Source of the DNA: an uncultured virus (IMG/VR IMGVR_UViG_3300028603_000033)
Taxonomy: Duplodnaviria > Heunggongvirae > Uroviricota > Caudoviricetes
Direction: 5' to 3' (one strand)
IMG/VR virus record: IMGVR_UViG_3300028603_000033
DNA: 20,000 nucleotides
The first letter of the stretch is position 1; the number at the start of each line of letters is the position of its first letter. The notes beneath the pieces were generated by a model. That model had not been told where the DNA came from. It worked only from the letters and a program-made list of their open reading frames with translations, and ran no database searches. Shown piece by piece: positions 8,842 to 16,157 of the stretch. Made by a program: the position numbers and the translations under genes.

Positions 8842-9311
8842 TTTATATTACGAACAGAATTGACATAGGATACTAAGAAACCATGTAATCCTGCTAGTAC
8901 TCTCATGTTGTTAATTTTTCTTTCGGGTGTTTGTTCACTAATACATTTATCTTGTAGTATTATGAATAAGCTATTAAGTGCCGCATAAATTTCTTTATAT
9001 TTACCGGATGAATTTATTGACGATAATTCAACATCAATTATCTGTTTAATAGCATTTAACAAACTGGTAAAAATATCATTTAATTCTATATTATTAGGTG
9101 CTCTTGCCCTACCTAAATTGACACCATAATCAAATGATTTAAGTAATCCTAAATCTTGAACCCAAACTCGCCTATAGAGAGGATTTAATTCATCACCCTT
9201 TGGTGGTTCACTAGGTTGTGATCCTACTGGGGGACTAATCATAGCAGTATTTGGTTTATCCTTAAACATCTTTACTATGTCTGGATCTATTTCATTAGGG
9301 CCTGGTATCAT
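8838..9311 (-). CDS. Hypothetical protein
   Basis: 157 aa, GAGGA SD, Pro-rich N-terminus, packed in operon. Confidence 0.7.
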   Translation of the reverse strand: MIPGPNEIDPDIVKMFKDKPNTAMISPPVGSQPSEPPKGDELNPLYRRVWVQDLGLLKSFDYGVNLGRARAPNNIELNDIFTSLLNAIKQIIDVELSSINSSGKYKEIYAALNSLFIILQDKCISEQTPERKINNMRVLAGLHGFLVSYVNSVRNIK

Positions 9312-9312
9312 A

Positions 9313-9771
9313 TTATCCTCTAAATTCTATGGGGTTATTAAGTTCTCTTTCAATAGGAGCAAAAAGTTCGGCCGGTTGCATTTCCATTATTTCTGTTTTA
9401 CTAGCCGTTGAAAATTCAATCATAACAACATTTTTTCCCCCACAGGTTCTACAAGTAAATTCATTACCTCTATCTAATAGAATATCCACAACATTATCTA
9501 CTCTACAATGAGAGCATTTTAATAGGGTTCGTTGTGTAGCAGCTTGTGCGGCTGCAACAGATTGATACTGCAGTTCTGCAATATTTTGTTTAGCAATAAG
9601 ATAGTTATTCCAAAGATAAAATCCTATTATTTGAAATATAAATCCAAATATTAGCCCTGAAAAGAAACCCAACCAAGATTGTGTAAGTAGCATAACAGCA
9701 CCAGCAAATAAAGCTGACACTAATAATGTAATAGATAATGATTTAAGAATTTGCCAGATGAATTGCTTCAT
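9313..9771 (-). CDS. Membrane protein with two TM helices and a Zn ribbon
   Basis: Two hydrophobic segments (about aa 10-30 and 34-54), a short coiled coil, then CSHC...CRTC; GAGGAG SD. Confidence 0.72.
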   Translation of the reverse strand: MKQFIWQILKSLSITLLVSALFAGAVMLLTQSWLGFFSGLIFGFIFQIIGFYLWNNYLIAKQNIAELQYQSVAAAQAATQRTLLKCSHCRVDNVVDILLDRGNEFTCRTCGGKNVVMIEFSTASKTEIMEMQPAELFAPIERELNNPIEFRG

Positions 9772-10003
9772 TTTTTAACTCCTCTACATTAATGAGTTTT
9801 TTGTTTCCACGAGGCATAACATTATTAGTTTGTACTGCCTTATCTATTTCGGGTATTCTCATAAGCTCTTCTATTAATCCGGCAAGAACACCTTTTTTGA
9901 CTCTGGAATAATTCTTTGAACAAAGTCCTATTGCTTCCGACTTTGTTAATACTATTTTGGACATTATATTCATGTCCCCTGTTTTAAACGATTTTATATC
10001 CAT
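9743..10003 (-). CDS. Hypothetical protein
   Basis: 86 aa; ATAAATA-CCTTT-ATG upstream; true start could be an internal Met after GGGGA. Confidence 0.55.
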   Translation of the reverse strand: MDIKSFKTGDMNIMSKIVLTKSEAIGLCSKNYSRVKKGVLAGLIEELMRIPEIDKAVQTNNVMPRGNKKLINVEELKNEAIHLANS

Positions 10004-10035
10004 AAAGGTATTTATTAATAGGGCGTATAAATCAA

Positions 10036-10530
10036 CTATGTTGTTTCGTCGTCTATACTGATTGTTTCAATATGTTTACCAACATCAGCTAAATGAATTT
10101 TACAAATGGCAACCACTCGTTTCATTTTCATTAAAAGGTCTAATCTCTCGGGTGGTAAAGTTATATTGTTATTAATTGCCATTTTTAATTGGTCTTCAAC
10201 ATTTTCAATATATCTTATTCCACTAACTAAATCTTGAAATATATTATCTAATGGAAATGGTAAAAGTGGAGGGGCTTTAGAAGATACTCTTTCTAGGTCT
10301 TTTATCTGATCTATGTTATAACCAGTTGTATCACCCCTTGTCCCTTTAAGACCTGTTTTACCACCACCTTGTGGTAATGTACCTATAGTATTAGATGCAG
10401 TTCTTGAGGACATGCCGGTAGCATAACCACGCGAGTTTTGTGGCATACCAGACATTGTGGTGAAACTTTCCCTCAATGACTCTTCAAAATTCTTCAGACG
10501 AAGTTTCTTATTAATCCTCTTTTTTTGCAT
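10036..10530 (-). CDS. Hypothetical protein
   Basis: 164 aa, G/T-rich middle, helical C-terminus; N-terminal NFEESLRE motif. Confidence 0.65.
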   Translation of the reverse strand: MQKKRINKKLRLKNFEESLRESFTTMSGMPQNSRGYATGMSSRTASNTIGTLPQGGGKTGLKGTRGDTTGYNIDQIKDLERVSSKAPPLLPFPLDNIFQDLVSGIRYIENVEDQLKMAINNNITLPPERLDLLMKMKRVVAICKIHLADVGKHIETISIDDETT

Positions 10531-10696
10531 CTATTGTTTTTTCATCCAAACGGACTAAATTACCACAACGAGGGCAGGTCCACTTACATTCAATTATAAT
10601 TGTACCTTTGTTCTCAAATTGTGATTCAACACCAAAAACTGGGTTATATCCGCAACAATTGCAACCAATTGGTCTATTTTCTATATATTCTGACAT
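10511..10696 (-). CDS. Small Zn-ribbon protein
   Basis: 61 aa, CNCC...CPRC; GGAG SD and GGGTAAATAA motif (10714-10723) upstream. Confidence 0.7.
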   Translation of the reverse strand: MSEYIENRPIGCNCCGYNPVFGVESQFENKGTIIIECKWTCPRCGNLVRLDEKTIDAKKED

Positions 10697-10713
10697 AATT
10701 TTTTCTCCAATAA

Positions 10714-10723
10714 TTATTTACCC
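10714..10723 (-). promoter_or_regulatory. Late-promoter-like motif GGGTAAATAA overlapping the exonuclease stop codon
   Basis: GGGTAAATAA-TTATTGGAGAAAAAATT-ATG(10696). Confidence 0.65.
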
Positions 10724-11628
10724 AACATGTCTACAATGTTCAACGGTTTATCGAATGTAAACAATGCAGTCCAATCTAATATATTGTCTTTAATGTTATT
10801 TAGTCCTAATTCTGTACATAATTGTGAAAATTTGTCAAAATCAGGTTGAATATTTTTTAAAGCAAACATTTGTGTTCTATAGTGCTCGAGCTCGCCTTGC
10901 TCTACGCTATAACCTTGTTTTAAGTTCATTAACGCTATGTTTTTCTCGTAGATATTAAAATAATTATCTGCAAGATTTAGTTTTTTAAGGTCACCATTAT
11001 TGGCAGCTAGCTGTATTGCTAATTTGCGACTTCTAACTTTACCATATCCAGGAAATCCAGGAATGTTATCAGAAGAATCCCCCATTACTGCTTTATAATA
11101 TAGAAAGGCATTTAGGGGTACACCTACTTCTTGATCAAAGTTAGCAGGAGTAATTAGCATTTTCCTATGAGGATTATAGAAAGAGGTATTAGAATCAACT
11201 AATTGAAGAAAATCTTGATCTACACTAATAATAACATTATCGGTATGTGTAGCACAAAGCCAAGCAATAATATCATCAGCTTCCATTACATAAGGGTAAA
11301 GAGAAGGAATTCCTAATGCTGTAATTAATTGTTCTAACTTTTCTTCTTGTTTAAAGACTTCTTCAGAAGAAGATTTATCTCTATTACCTTTATAGGTACC
11401 TTCCATTAATAGTTTGCGGAAGTTAGTACTAGGCCATTTAGCCTTTTTATCCCAACAGATATAAATCTTGTCAGGTAGAAATCTTTCAACATAAGATCTT
11501 AGAGACTTGAGGAATAGATGAAGACAATAACCCTCCAATTCCGAAATATCACTAATCTCCTTCTTGTTGTTCTTTGCTATCCAATACGTCCTGTGAAGTA
11601 AATTGCTCCCGTCGATCATGATATTCAT
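10714..11628 (-). CDS. rnh: 5'-3' exonuclease / flap endonuclease (T4 RNase H, Pol I 5' nuclease family)
   Basis: IDGSNLLHR, ICWD, FRK...YKGNR, MEADDIIA, ISVDQDFLQLV, MGDSSDNIPGFPGYG: full FEN motif set. Confidence 0.93.
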   Translation of the reverse strand: MNIMIDGSNLLHRTYWIAKNNKKEISDISELEGYCLHLFLKSLRSYVERFLPDKIYICWDKKAKWPSTNFRKLLMEGTYKGNRDKSSSEEVFKQEEKLEQLITALGIPSLYPYVMEADDIIAWLCATHTDNVIISVDQDFLQLVDSNTSFYNPHRKMLITPANFDQEVGVPLNAFLYYKAVMGDSSDNIPGFPGYGKVRSRKLAIQLAANNGDLKKLNLADNYFNIYEKNIALMNLKQGYSVEQGELEHYRTQMFALKNIQPDFDKFSQLCTELGLNNIKDNILDWTALFTFDKPLNIVDMLGK

Positions 11629-11908
11629 TTAGTGCCTCAATTTCTTTTTTCTTTTCTAATTCTTTACGATAATTGACTTCAGCTAATATGTCTTTAAATA
11701 CAGACGATTTCAAACGTTCTACTTTATCTAGAACCTTTAAAGTTATACCACTTTCTATATCTTCAGCTTTAATTTCACGGGTTGTAAAATCAGGTAGGAC
11801 AATAGTATTATAAATCCCATTAATAGGAAGATCATGGGTAAACACTAAAAAATCACCACCATATTGACCAGCAACTATAGCATACATATCTCTAGTTTTA
11901 ATTCTCAT
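11552..11908 (-). CDS. Hypothetical protein
   Basis: 118 aa; sigma70-like promoter directly upstream; 3' end overlaps the exonuclease 5' end by 77 nt. Confidence 0.65.
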   Translation of the reverse strand: MRIKTRDMYAIVAGQYGGDFLVFTHDLPINGIYNTIVLPDFTTREIKAEDIESGITLKVLDKVERLKSSVFKDILAEVNYRKELEKKKEIEALNEYHDRREQFTSQDVLDSKEQQEGD

Positions 11909-11914
11909 ATGTAT

Positions 11915-11943
11915 ATATTAACGGATTTTATAGTAAAATACAA
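11915..11943 (-). promoter_or_regulatory. Sigma70-like early promoter
   Basis: TTGTAT-N17-TAATAT, then 6 nt to ATG(11908) with no SD. Confidence 0.55.
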
Positions 11944-11995
11944 GCGTGAACTTTATGATATCTATGTTATATTAATAATAAGAAAGGTATAACAT

Positions 11996-12163
11996 ATGAA
12001 AAAATTCGAAGCAGGAGAAATCGCCGTCCATAAGGACACAACAGTAGTTATTGGCAAAGATTCCTATGTAAACGAACGCAGACAGACATATTACTATGTT
12101 CGTCCTATCGTTTCTAAGAAAGCAGGAAACTTCGTTCGCAGTGACTATTTACAACCCATCTAA
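11996..12163 (+). CDS. Small hypothetical protein (55 aa, below ORF-track cutoff)
   Basis: MKKFEAGEIAVHKDTTVVIGKDSYVNERRQTYYYVRPIVSKKAGNFVRSDYLQPI; AGAAAGGT SD, TGnTATATT extended -10 upstream, terminator downstream. Confidence 0.8.
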   Translation: MKKFEAGEIAVHKDTTVVIGKDSYVNERRQTYYYVRPIVSKKAGNFVRSDYLQPI

Positions 12164-12556
12164 TTCTAATCTAGTTTTAGGTGCACCGGCCTCAGGAGTT
12201 GTTTCCTGAGGCCTTTTCTTTTTGATGAAATACATATTTTTAATGGATTTATCAGGGAGGTGAATAAACCCAACATGTTGATACTTTTTAAACAACTCAG
12301 TTGGATCTTGTCCTTCTTGATCTTTATAGGGATTAACTCTTAGCGCCAAATCATTAGGAGTAGAATTTTTAGCTGCATCCATTAACATTCTAAAAATACC
12401 TTGACCTCTATATTCAGGTCGAATATAAACAGCAATTATCCAATCGAATCGCTCTTCTTCCCAAGTCCACAATTTTACCCAACCTACTACTTTGTCTTTA
12501 TCAAATGCAATAAGGTTGATGCGGCCATCTTTTTTATCTTGTTTAATAGTTATCAT
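12149..12556 (-). CDS. GNAT family N-acetyltransferase (start revised to 12556)
   Basis: Motif A IIAVYIRPEYRGQGIFRMLM, also VVGWVKL and LFKKYQHVGF. The track start at 12622 lies inside tRNA-Gln; ATG 12556 sits 5 nt after GGGTAAATA (12562-12570). Confidence 0.85.
   Translation of the reverse strand: MITIKQDKKDGRINLIAFDKDKVVGWVKLWTWEEERFDWIIAVYIRPEYRGQGIFRMLMDAAKNSTPNDLALRVNPYKDQEGQDPTELFKKYQHVGFIHLPDKSIKNMYFIKKKRPQETTPEAGAPKTRLELDGL
12188..12223 (+). terminator. Rho-independent terminator for the 55-aa ORF
   Basis: GGCCTCAGGA-GTTGTT-TCCTGAGGCC-TTTTCTTTTT, 10-bp stem. Confidence 0.88.
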
Positions 12557-12583
12557 ACCATTATTTACCCTAAATTTATAAAA

Positions 12584-12655
12584 TTGTCCCCATCTGAATC
12601 GAACAGATATAGCCAGAGTCAAAGTCTGGTGTATTAACCGTTATACTAGGGGACA
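12584..12655 (-). tRNA. tRNA-Gln (anticodon UUG), no encoded CCA
   Basis: TGTCCCC TA GTAT AACGGTTA ATAC A CCAGA CT-TTG-AC TCTGG CTAT ATCTG TTCGATT CAGAT GGGGACA A: perfect cloverleaf with U1-A72. Confidence 0.95.
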
Positions 12656-13407
12656 GTATTGTTTAAATTTTTTACTACCAAATCAACACATTTATTAACA
12701 TTATTAAGTACTGTTTTAGCTGGAAATCTTATAATTTTCCAACCATTATCTATACTAAATTTGTCTCTTAAAATGTCTTTTTCTTTCTGAATAAAACTAT
12801 TATGCCATCCTCCATCAATTTCAACATCTAATTTTATTTTAGGAAAGGCAAAATCATATTTGTATATTCCATTATTGTAATCATAACACCATCCAGATAT
12901 TTTTCTTTTATTTAATTCATTCATAAATAAAATTTCAGGAAAGCTTAACATATGTGAAGATCTTCTAAACCAAGCTGTTTGCTTAGGATGTTCTTGCATA
13001 TATTTTATTCGACAAATTCTTATTTTATGTTTAGCACTATCAGAAAGTTTAATTATTCTTCCCTTTGGAAATCTTTGTCTTTCATTAATTAAAGCTTCTT
13101 TTGGAGTACGTGTTTTTAATAGGCCTTTACTTACACCATAACTTATTGTACCTAATGATATATTATATTTTAAAGCCGTTTCCTTTCTTGAAAATCCTTT
13201 ATTATAATACTCCTGTAATTTATTCCAATCTAAGACATTTATATTATTTCTTGCATTGGAACTTTTTTGTAAATTGTATTTTTTTCGGGTCCATGAAATT
13301 AAAGCAGGTATATAACCAGTTATTTTAACTATTTCGCCTGTAGTATAATCATTGTTAATTAATTCAATTATACTTTGAATTTTGGGAGTAATTAATCCTT
13401 TTTTCAT
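12646..13407 (-). CDS. Free-standing homing-endonuclease-like protein, Vsr/DUF559-type nuclease domain with N-terminal HTH repeats
   Basis: SFPEILF...YKYDFAFPKIKLDVEIDGGWH...DILRDKFSIDNGWKIIRF; N-terminal HTH-like YTTGEIVKITG and FSRKETALKYNISLGTI; own GGGGTAAATA-N5-ATG. Confidence 0.85.
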   Translation of the reverse strand: MKKGLITPKIQSIIELINNDYTTGEIVKITGYIPALISWTRKKYNLQKSSNARNNINVLDWNKLQEYYNKGFSRKETALKYNISLGTISYGVSKGLLKTRTPKEALINERQRFPKGRIIKLSDSAKHKIRICRIKYMQEHPKQTAWFRRSSHMLSFPEILFMNELNKRKISGWCYDYNNGIYKYDFAFPKIKLDVEIDGGWHNSFIQKEKDILRDKFSIDNGWKIIRFPAKTVLNNVNKCVDLVVKNLNNTVP

Positions 13408-13411
13408 AATA

Positions 13412-13422
13412 TTATTTACCCC
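13412..13422 (-). promoter_or_regulatory. Late-promoter-like motif, 5 nt before ATG
   Basis: GGGGTAAATA-ATATT-ATG(13407). Confidence 0.7.
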
Positions 13423-13438
13423 GTGTGCTGTAATTACA

Positions 13439-13600
13439 CTAATATTTCAAAAAACTAAAGGGATTATAATCTAATTTTTCTTTTTTTGCAGCCTGACGCG
13501 ATTTATATTTTTTCTTTTTTGATTTAGATATTAAATCCCAATTTTCACCAAACTTTTTGACATCAACATGCTGATTAGTATTTTTTATTACGTGATTCAT
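13439..13600 (-). CDS. Small basic protein (53 aa, below ORF-track cutoff)
   Basis: MNHVIKNTNQHVDVKKFGENWDLISKSKKKKYKSRQAAKKEKLDYNPFSFLKY; GAAGGA SD and GATAAATA upstream; fills the intergenic gap. Confidence 0.65.
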   Translation of the reverse strand: MNHVIKNTNQHVDVKKFGENWDLISKSKKKKYKSRQAAKKEKLDYNPFSFLKY

Positions 13601-13639
13601 ATTATTCCTTCGAAACTATTTATCTATTATCTATGTAAA

Positions 13640-14311
13640 TCAATAGATTCTAGATTTTGTTAATGTAGGATAATATTTTCGAAATGCTTTAAGTAGATTA
13701 GATGGAATCACATCATAATCTTTATAAAAAGTGGTATTAACCAATTTCAGTAAATTGGGGTTTTCATATGGAACGGGAATACCTTTCTTTCTATACCACC
13801 TTCTATATTCTAATAAATATGTTTGGTAGAATATATAAACGTTAGCATTTCGTATATACTCTTTAATGAAAGATTCGGGTAGTTTGAATTTTTTAAACAG
13901 TTTTACTGTTCTTTTTTCACAATCTAATTCTATATTCCTAACAGCTGTGATTACCTTTATAAGACGTTGTTTTTTCATAGGAACGTTATGTAATATATCA
14001 GACCACTCAGCAGAAGTTATTTTGCGATTATCGTGCCATACTTGACATCTATCGCGCCATTGTCTAAAATGACAATATTCATGAGCAAATACGGGCAACC
14101 ATTGTTCTGGTTCTCTTTTAGTGGCACATTTTAAAACCAATTCTTTATTATTGTTATCGTCCCAAAATCCACGACTCCAAGAATCATCCTCGCTATCAGT
14201 TCTAACTTTTGTTGTAGGACATAATTCTACATCAACTCCATAATCACGTAAATCGTGGAGACAATATACTAAAAGATTTAACCATTGTACCGGTATTGTT
14301 TTATGTTTCAT
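13640..14311 (-). CDS. Putative HEXXH zinc metallopeptidase
   Basis: RGFWD...WLPVFAHEYCHFRQW with a downstream ELDCE third-ligand-like motif. Confidence 0.65.
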   Translation of the reverse strand: MKHKTIPVQWLNLLVYCLHDLRDYGVDVELCPTTKVRTDSEDDSWSRGFWDDNNNKELVLKCATKREPEQWLPVFAHEYCHFRQWRDRCQVWHDNRKITSAEWSDILHNVPMKKQRLIKVITAVRNIELDCEKRTVKLFKKFKLPESFIKEYIRNANVYIFYQTYLLEYRRWYRKKGIPVPYENPNLLKLVNTTFYKDYDVIPSNLLKAFRKYYPTLTKSRIY

Positions 14312-14490
14312 AAAAGTTTGACCTGCCTTTTAAGCATGTTCAAAATCTTGGTTAACCGCTTTTTCTCATTCGTATTTTTCTTAATAGAATCACGAAGAGT
14401 TTCTATAACCCTAATTTCATCTTTCATGATTTTAGGGGTATAGAATACTAACGAATCTGGAGTTTCTTTTTTCTCTTTAATCTTCTTCAT
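14308..14490 (-). CDS. Hypothetical basic protein
   Basis: 60 aa, overlaps both neighbours in operon fashion. Confidence 0.5.
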   Translation of the reverse strand: MKKIKEKKETPDSLVFYTPKIMKDEIRVIETLRDSIKKNTNEKKRLTKILNMLKRQVKLL

Positions 14491-15076
14491 TCATTTGATA
14501 CTCGTCAATTCTGTGTAAGAAATGTTCCCAGCTTTTACAAGCACGGCCTTTCTTATATAGATTTCGAATGGGATCCATCCATCGCGGTGCATGTGGCTTG
14601 ATTTTTAGGGTCATACCACATTTATGTAATGGTAAATCAGCCTTATGAGCATTACACTCACCGCAAGCAGATATAATATTGTCCCAAGTAGTTTTACCGC
14701 CTAATGATTTAGGAATAATATGATCAAGAGTTAATGATCCTCTTTGGAATTGCCTACCACAATAACCGCAACGATATTTGTCACGAGCAAATACACTTTC
14801 ACGAGAGAATTTAACGTCACCTCTAGGTAATTTATCATAACGGGTTAATGTGATTATTTCAGGTAATGCAATTGCACGACTTGATGTGTGTAGATCCTTA
14901 AATGGATGGGGGGTTAAAGAATATTCTAACCAACCTTTAATACCATAAGGTGCAGCATCATGGGTTAATCCTTGTGCAGACTCATTGAATAGTAGTACCA
15001 TACATCTCTTATAGTCTACAATGTGTACAGGACACCAACTTCTATTTAAAACTAAAACGTCATTATATTTTATCAT
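14477..15076 (-). CDS. HNH endonuclease (McrA-like family)
   Basis: VLVLNRSWCP N-terminus, FSRESVFARDKYRCGYCG, LTLDHIIPKSLGGKTTWDNIISACGECNAHKAD; AAAGGT SD. Confidence 0.92.
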   Translation of the reverse strand: MIKYNDVLVLNRSWCPVHIVDYKRCMVLLFNESAQGLTHDAAPYGIKGWLEYSLTPHPFKDLHTSSRAIALPEIITLTRYDKLPRGDVKFSRESVFARDKYRCGYCGRQFQRGSLTLDHIIPKSLGGKTTWDNIISACGECNAHKADLPLHKCGMTLKIKPHAPRWMDPIRNLYKKGRACKSWEHFLHRIDEYQMNEED

Positions 15077-15089
15077 ATATACCTTTGAT

Positions 15090-15164
15090 TGGTACGCCTA
15101 GAGGGAATCGAACCCCCATAAGGAGTTTAGAGGACTCCTGTCCTGTCCGTTGAACGATAGGCGC
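15090..15164 (-). tRNA. tRNA-Arg (anticodon UCU) with encoded CCA and atypical C33
   Basis: GCGCCTA TC GTTC AACGGACA GGAC A GGAGT CC-TCT-AA ACTCC TTAT GGGGG TTCGATT CCCTC TAGGCGT A CCA; Arg identity elements A20, C35, U36 and A73 present. Confidence 0.9.
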
Positions 15165-15257
15165 GTCTATAAATTCTTTTCCTATTTCCTTTATTTTTAC
15201 CTTTATAATTCATATCTCATACCTCTTGGTATAATTGTTTATGGTGGGAGGTATGAA

Positions 15258-15761
15258 TTACTCTAACGTTAACTTCATCTTTACGTAATCTAAGCACTCA
15301 CCCAACCAATTGGTTCCACGCCACATATCAGGTGTTATTTTTTCGGGATTTAATGATTCAATTTCACTTAAACCCATTCCAATTCCCCATATCTTATCAG
15401 TGGGGGATGCCTCAACAAACTTTTTATCCGCTGTCAATAGCATTTGTTCACGTAACTCTTTATTTTGACCAAACTTACCTAAGTTACCCGCAATTACAAT
15501 ATCTTTAGCGCGTTCTTCCCATTGAACCTTATTAAAGTTTTTGACATTTCTACCAATTGCTTTTTGATCATATGGATTCGTGGCAATCATAATTTTGTTA
15601 AATGAATCTAAATCATTAAACATGATAGCTTTTTGTGCCATCATAAATTGTTCGGCACAATTATACTTGACATTGAAAATAGTAAACTCACAAGGAAACC
15701 ATTGCGAATATATTCCTCCATAGAAGAATACATATTCATTTGTTATAATATCAGTACTCAT
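15258..15761 (-). CDS. NADAR family protein (YbiA / T4 gp30.3-like)
   Basis: FFYGGIYSQWF, CAEQFMMAQKA..F.D, QKAIGRNVKNF, KFGQN.ELR..LL.T, FVEASPTDKIWGIG, WRGTNWLG. Confidence 0.93.
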   Translation of the reverse strand: MSTDIITNEYVFFYGGIYSQWFPCEFTIFNVKYNCAEQFMMAQKAIMFNDLDSFNKIMIATNPYDQKAIGRNVKNFNKVQWEERAKDIVIAGNLGKFGQNKELREQMLLTADKKFVEASPTDKIWGIGMGLSEIESLNPEKITPDMWRGTNWLGECLDYVKMKLTLE

Positions 15762-15943
15762 TATTTAATCCATTCTCCAACACCAAAATTCATAGCTTCG
15801 CTAATAGTTGCATTAGGTACCTGTTTCATAAAATTAAGTGCAGACCATATAATCTCAGGTAAAAGTGGTTCACATTCACTATCAGATAAAACCTCACCAA
15901 TTGAGTTTAATTCATCTACAGCAAAAGATTCTTCAGTATCCAT
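15761..15943 (-). CDS. Hypothetical acidic protein
   Basis: 60 aa; stop/start coupled with both neighbours (TAATG). Confidence 0.65.
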   Translation of the reverse strand: MDTEESFAVDELNSIGEVLSDSECEPLLPEIIWSALNFMKQVPNATISEAMNFGVGEWIK

Positions 15944-16114
15944 TTATTTTGTCTCTTTTGAGTTTAATTTTCTATCAACTTCCTCAAATTCTTTTTTTAT
16001 CATAAACCATTTGCTATCATCATATTTTTCTACTGTGATGACCTTTTTGACAATAGGTGTTAACACTAATGCTGCAAATCCTACACAAATACCAATTGCT
16101 ATAATAATTTCCAT
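15944..16114 (-). CDS. Small membrane-anchored protein (56 aa, below ORF-track cutoff)
   Basis: MEIIIAIGICVGFAALVLTPIVKKVITVEKYDDSKWFMIKKEFEEVDRKLNSKETK; TAAGGA SD; stop abuts the next ATG. Confidence 0.75.
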   Translation of the reverse strand: MEIIIAIGICVGFAALVLTPIVKKVITVEKYDDSKWFMIKKEFEEVDRKLNSKETK

Positions 16115-16157
16115 AATATTCTTTCCTTAGTTATATATTATATTATATAGAAATTTA

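Noticed and set aside
12557..12622. N-terminal extension of the GNAT ORF given in the track
   Set aside because: Overlaps tRNA-Gln and starts at a non-ATG codon; ATG 12556 follows the recurrent promoter motif.
7445..13328. ORFs 7445-7741(-), 8206-8415(+), 9329-9511(+), 12401-12637(+), 13101-13328(+)
   Set aside because: Lie antisense to better-supported genes or the tRNA, with no SD or motifs.
15090..15164. Amber suppressor tRNA (CUA) and TAG recoding
   Set aside because: Reading the loop as CU-CUA-AA destroys the anticodon stem, while UCU gives a perfect stem plus Arg identity elements. Long genes are intact in code 11 and TAG ends genes at sensible positions (2758, 10036, 12646).
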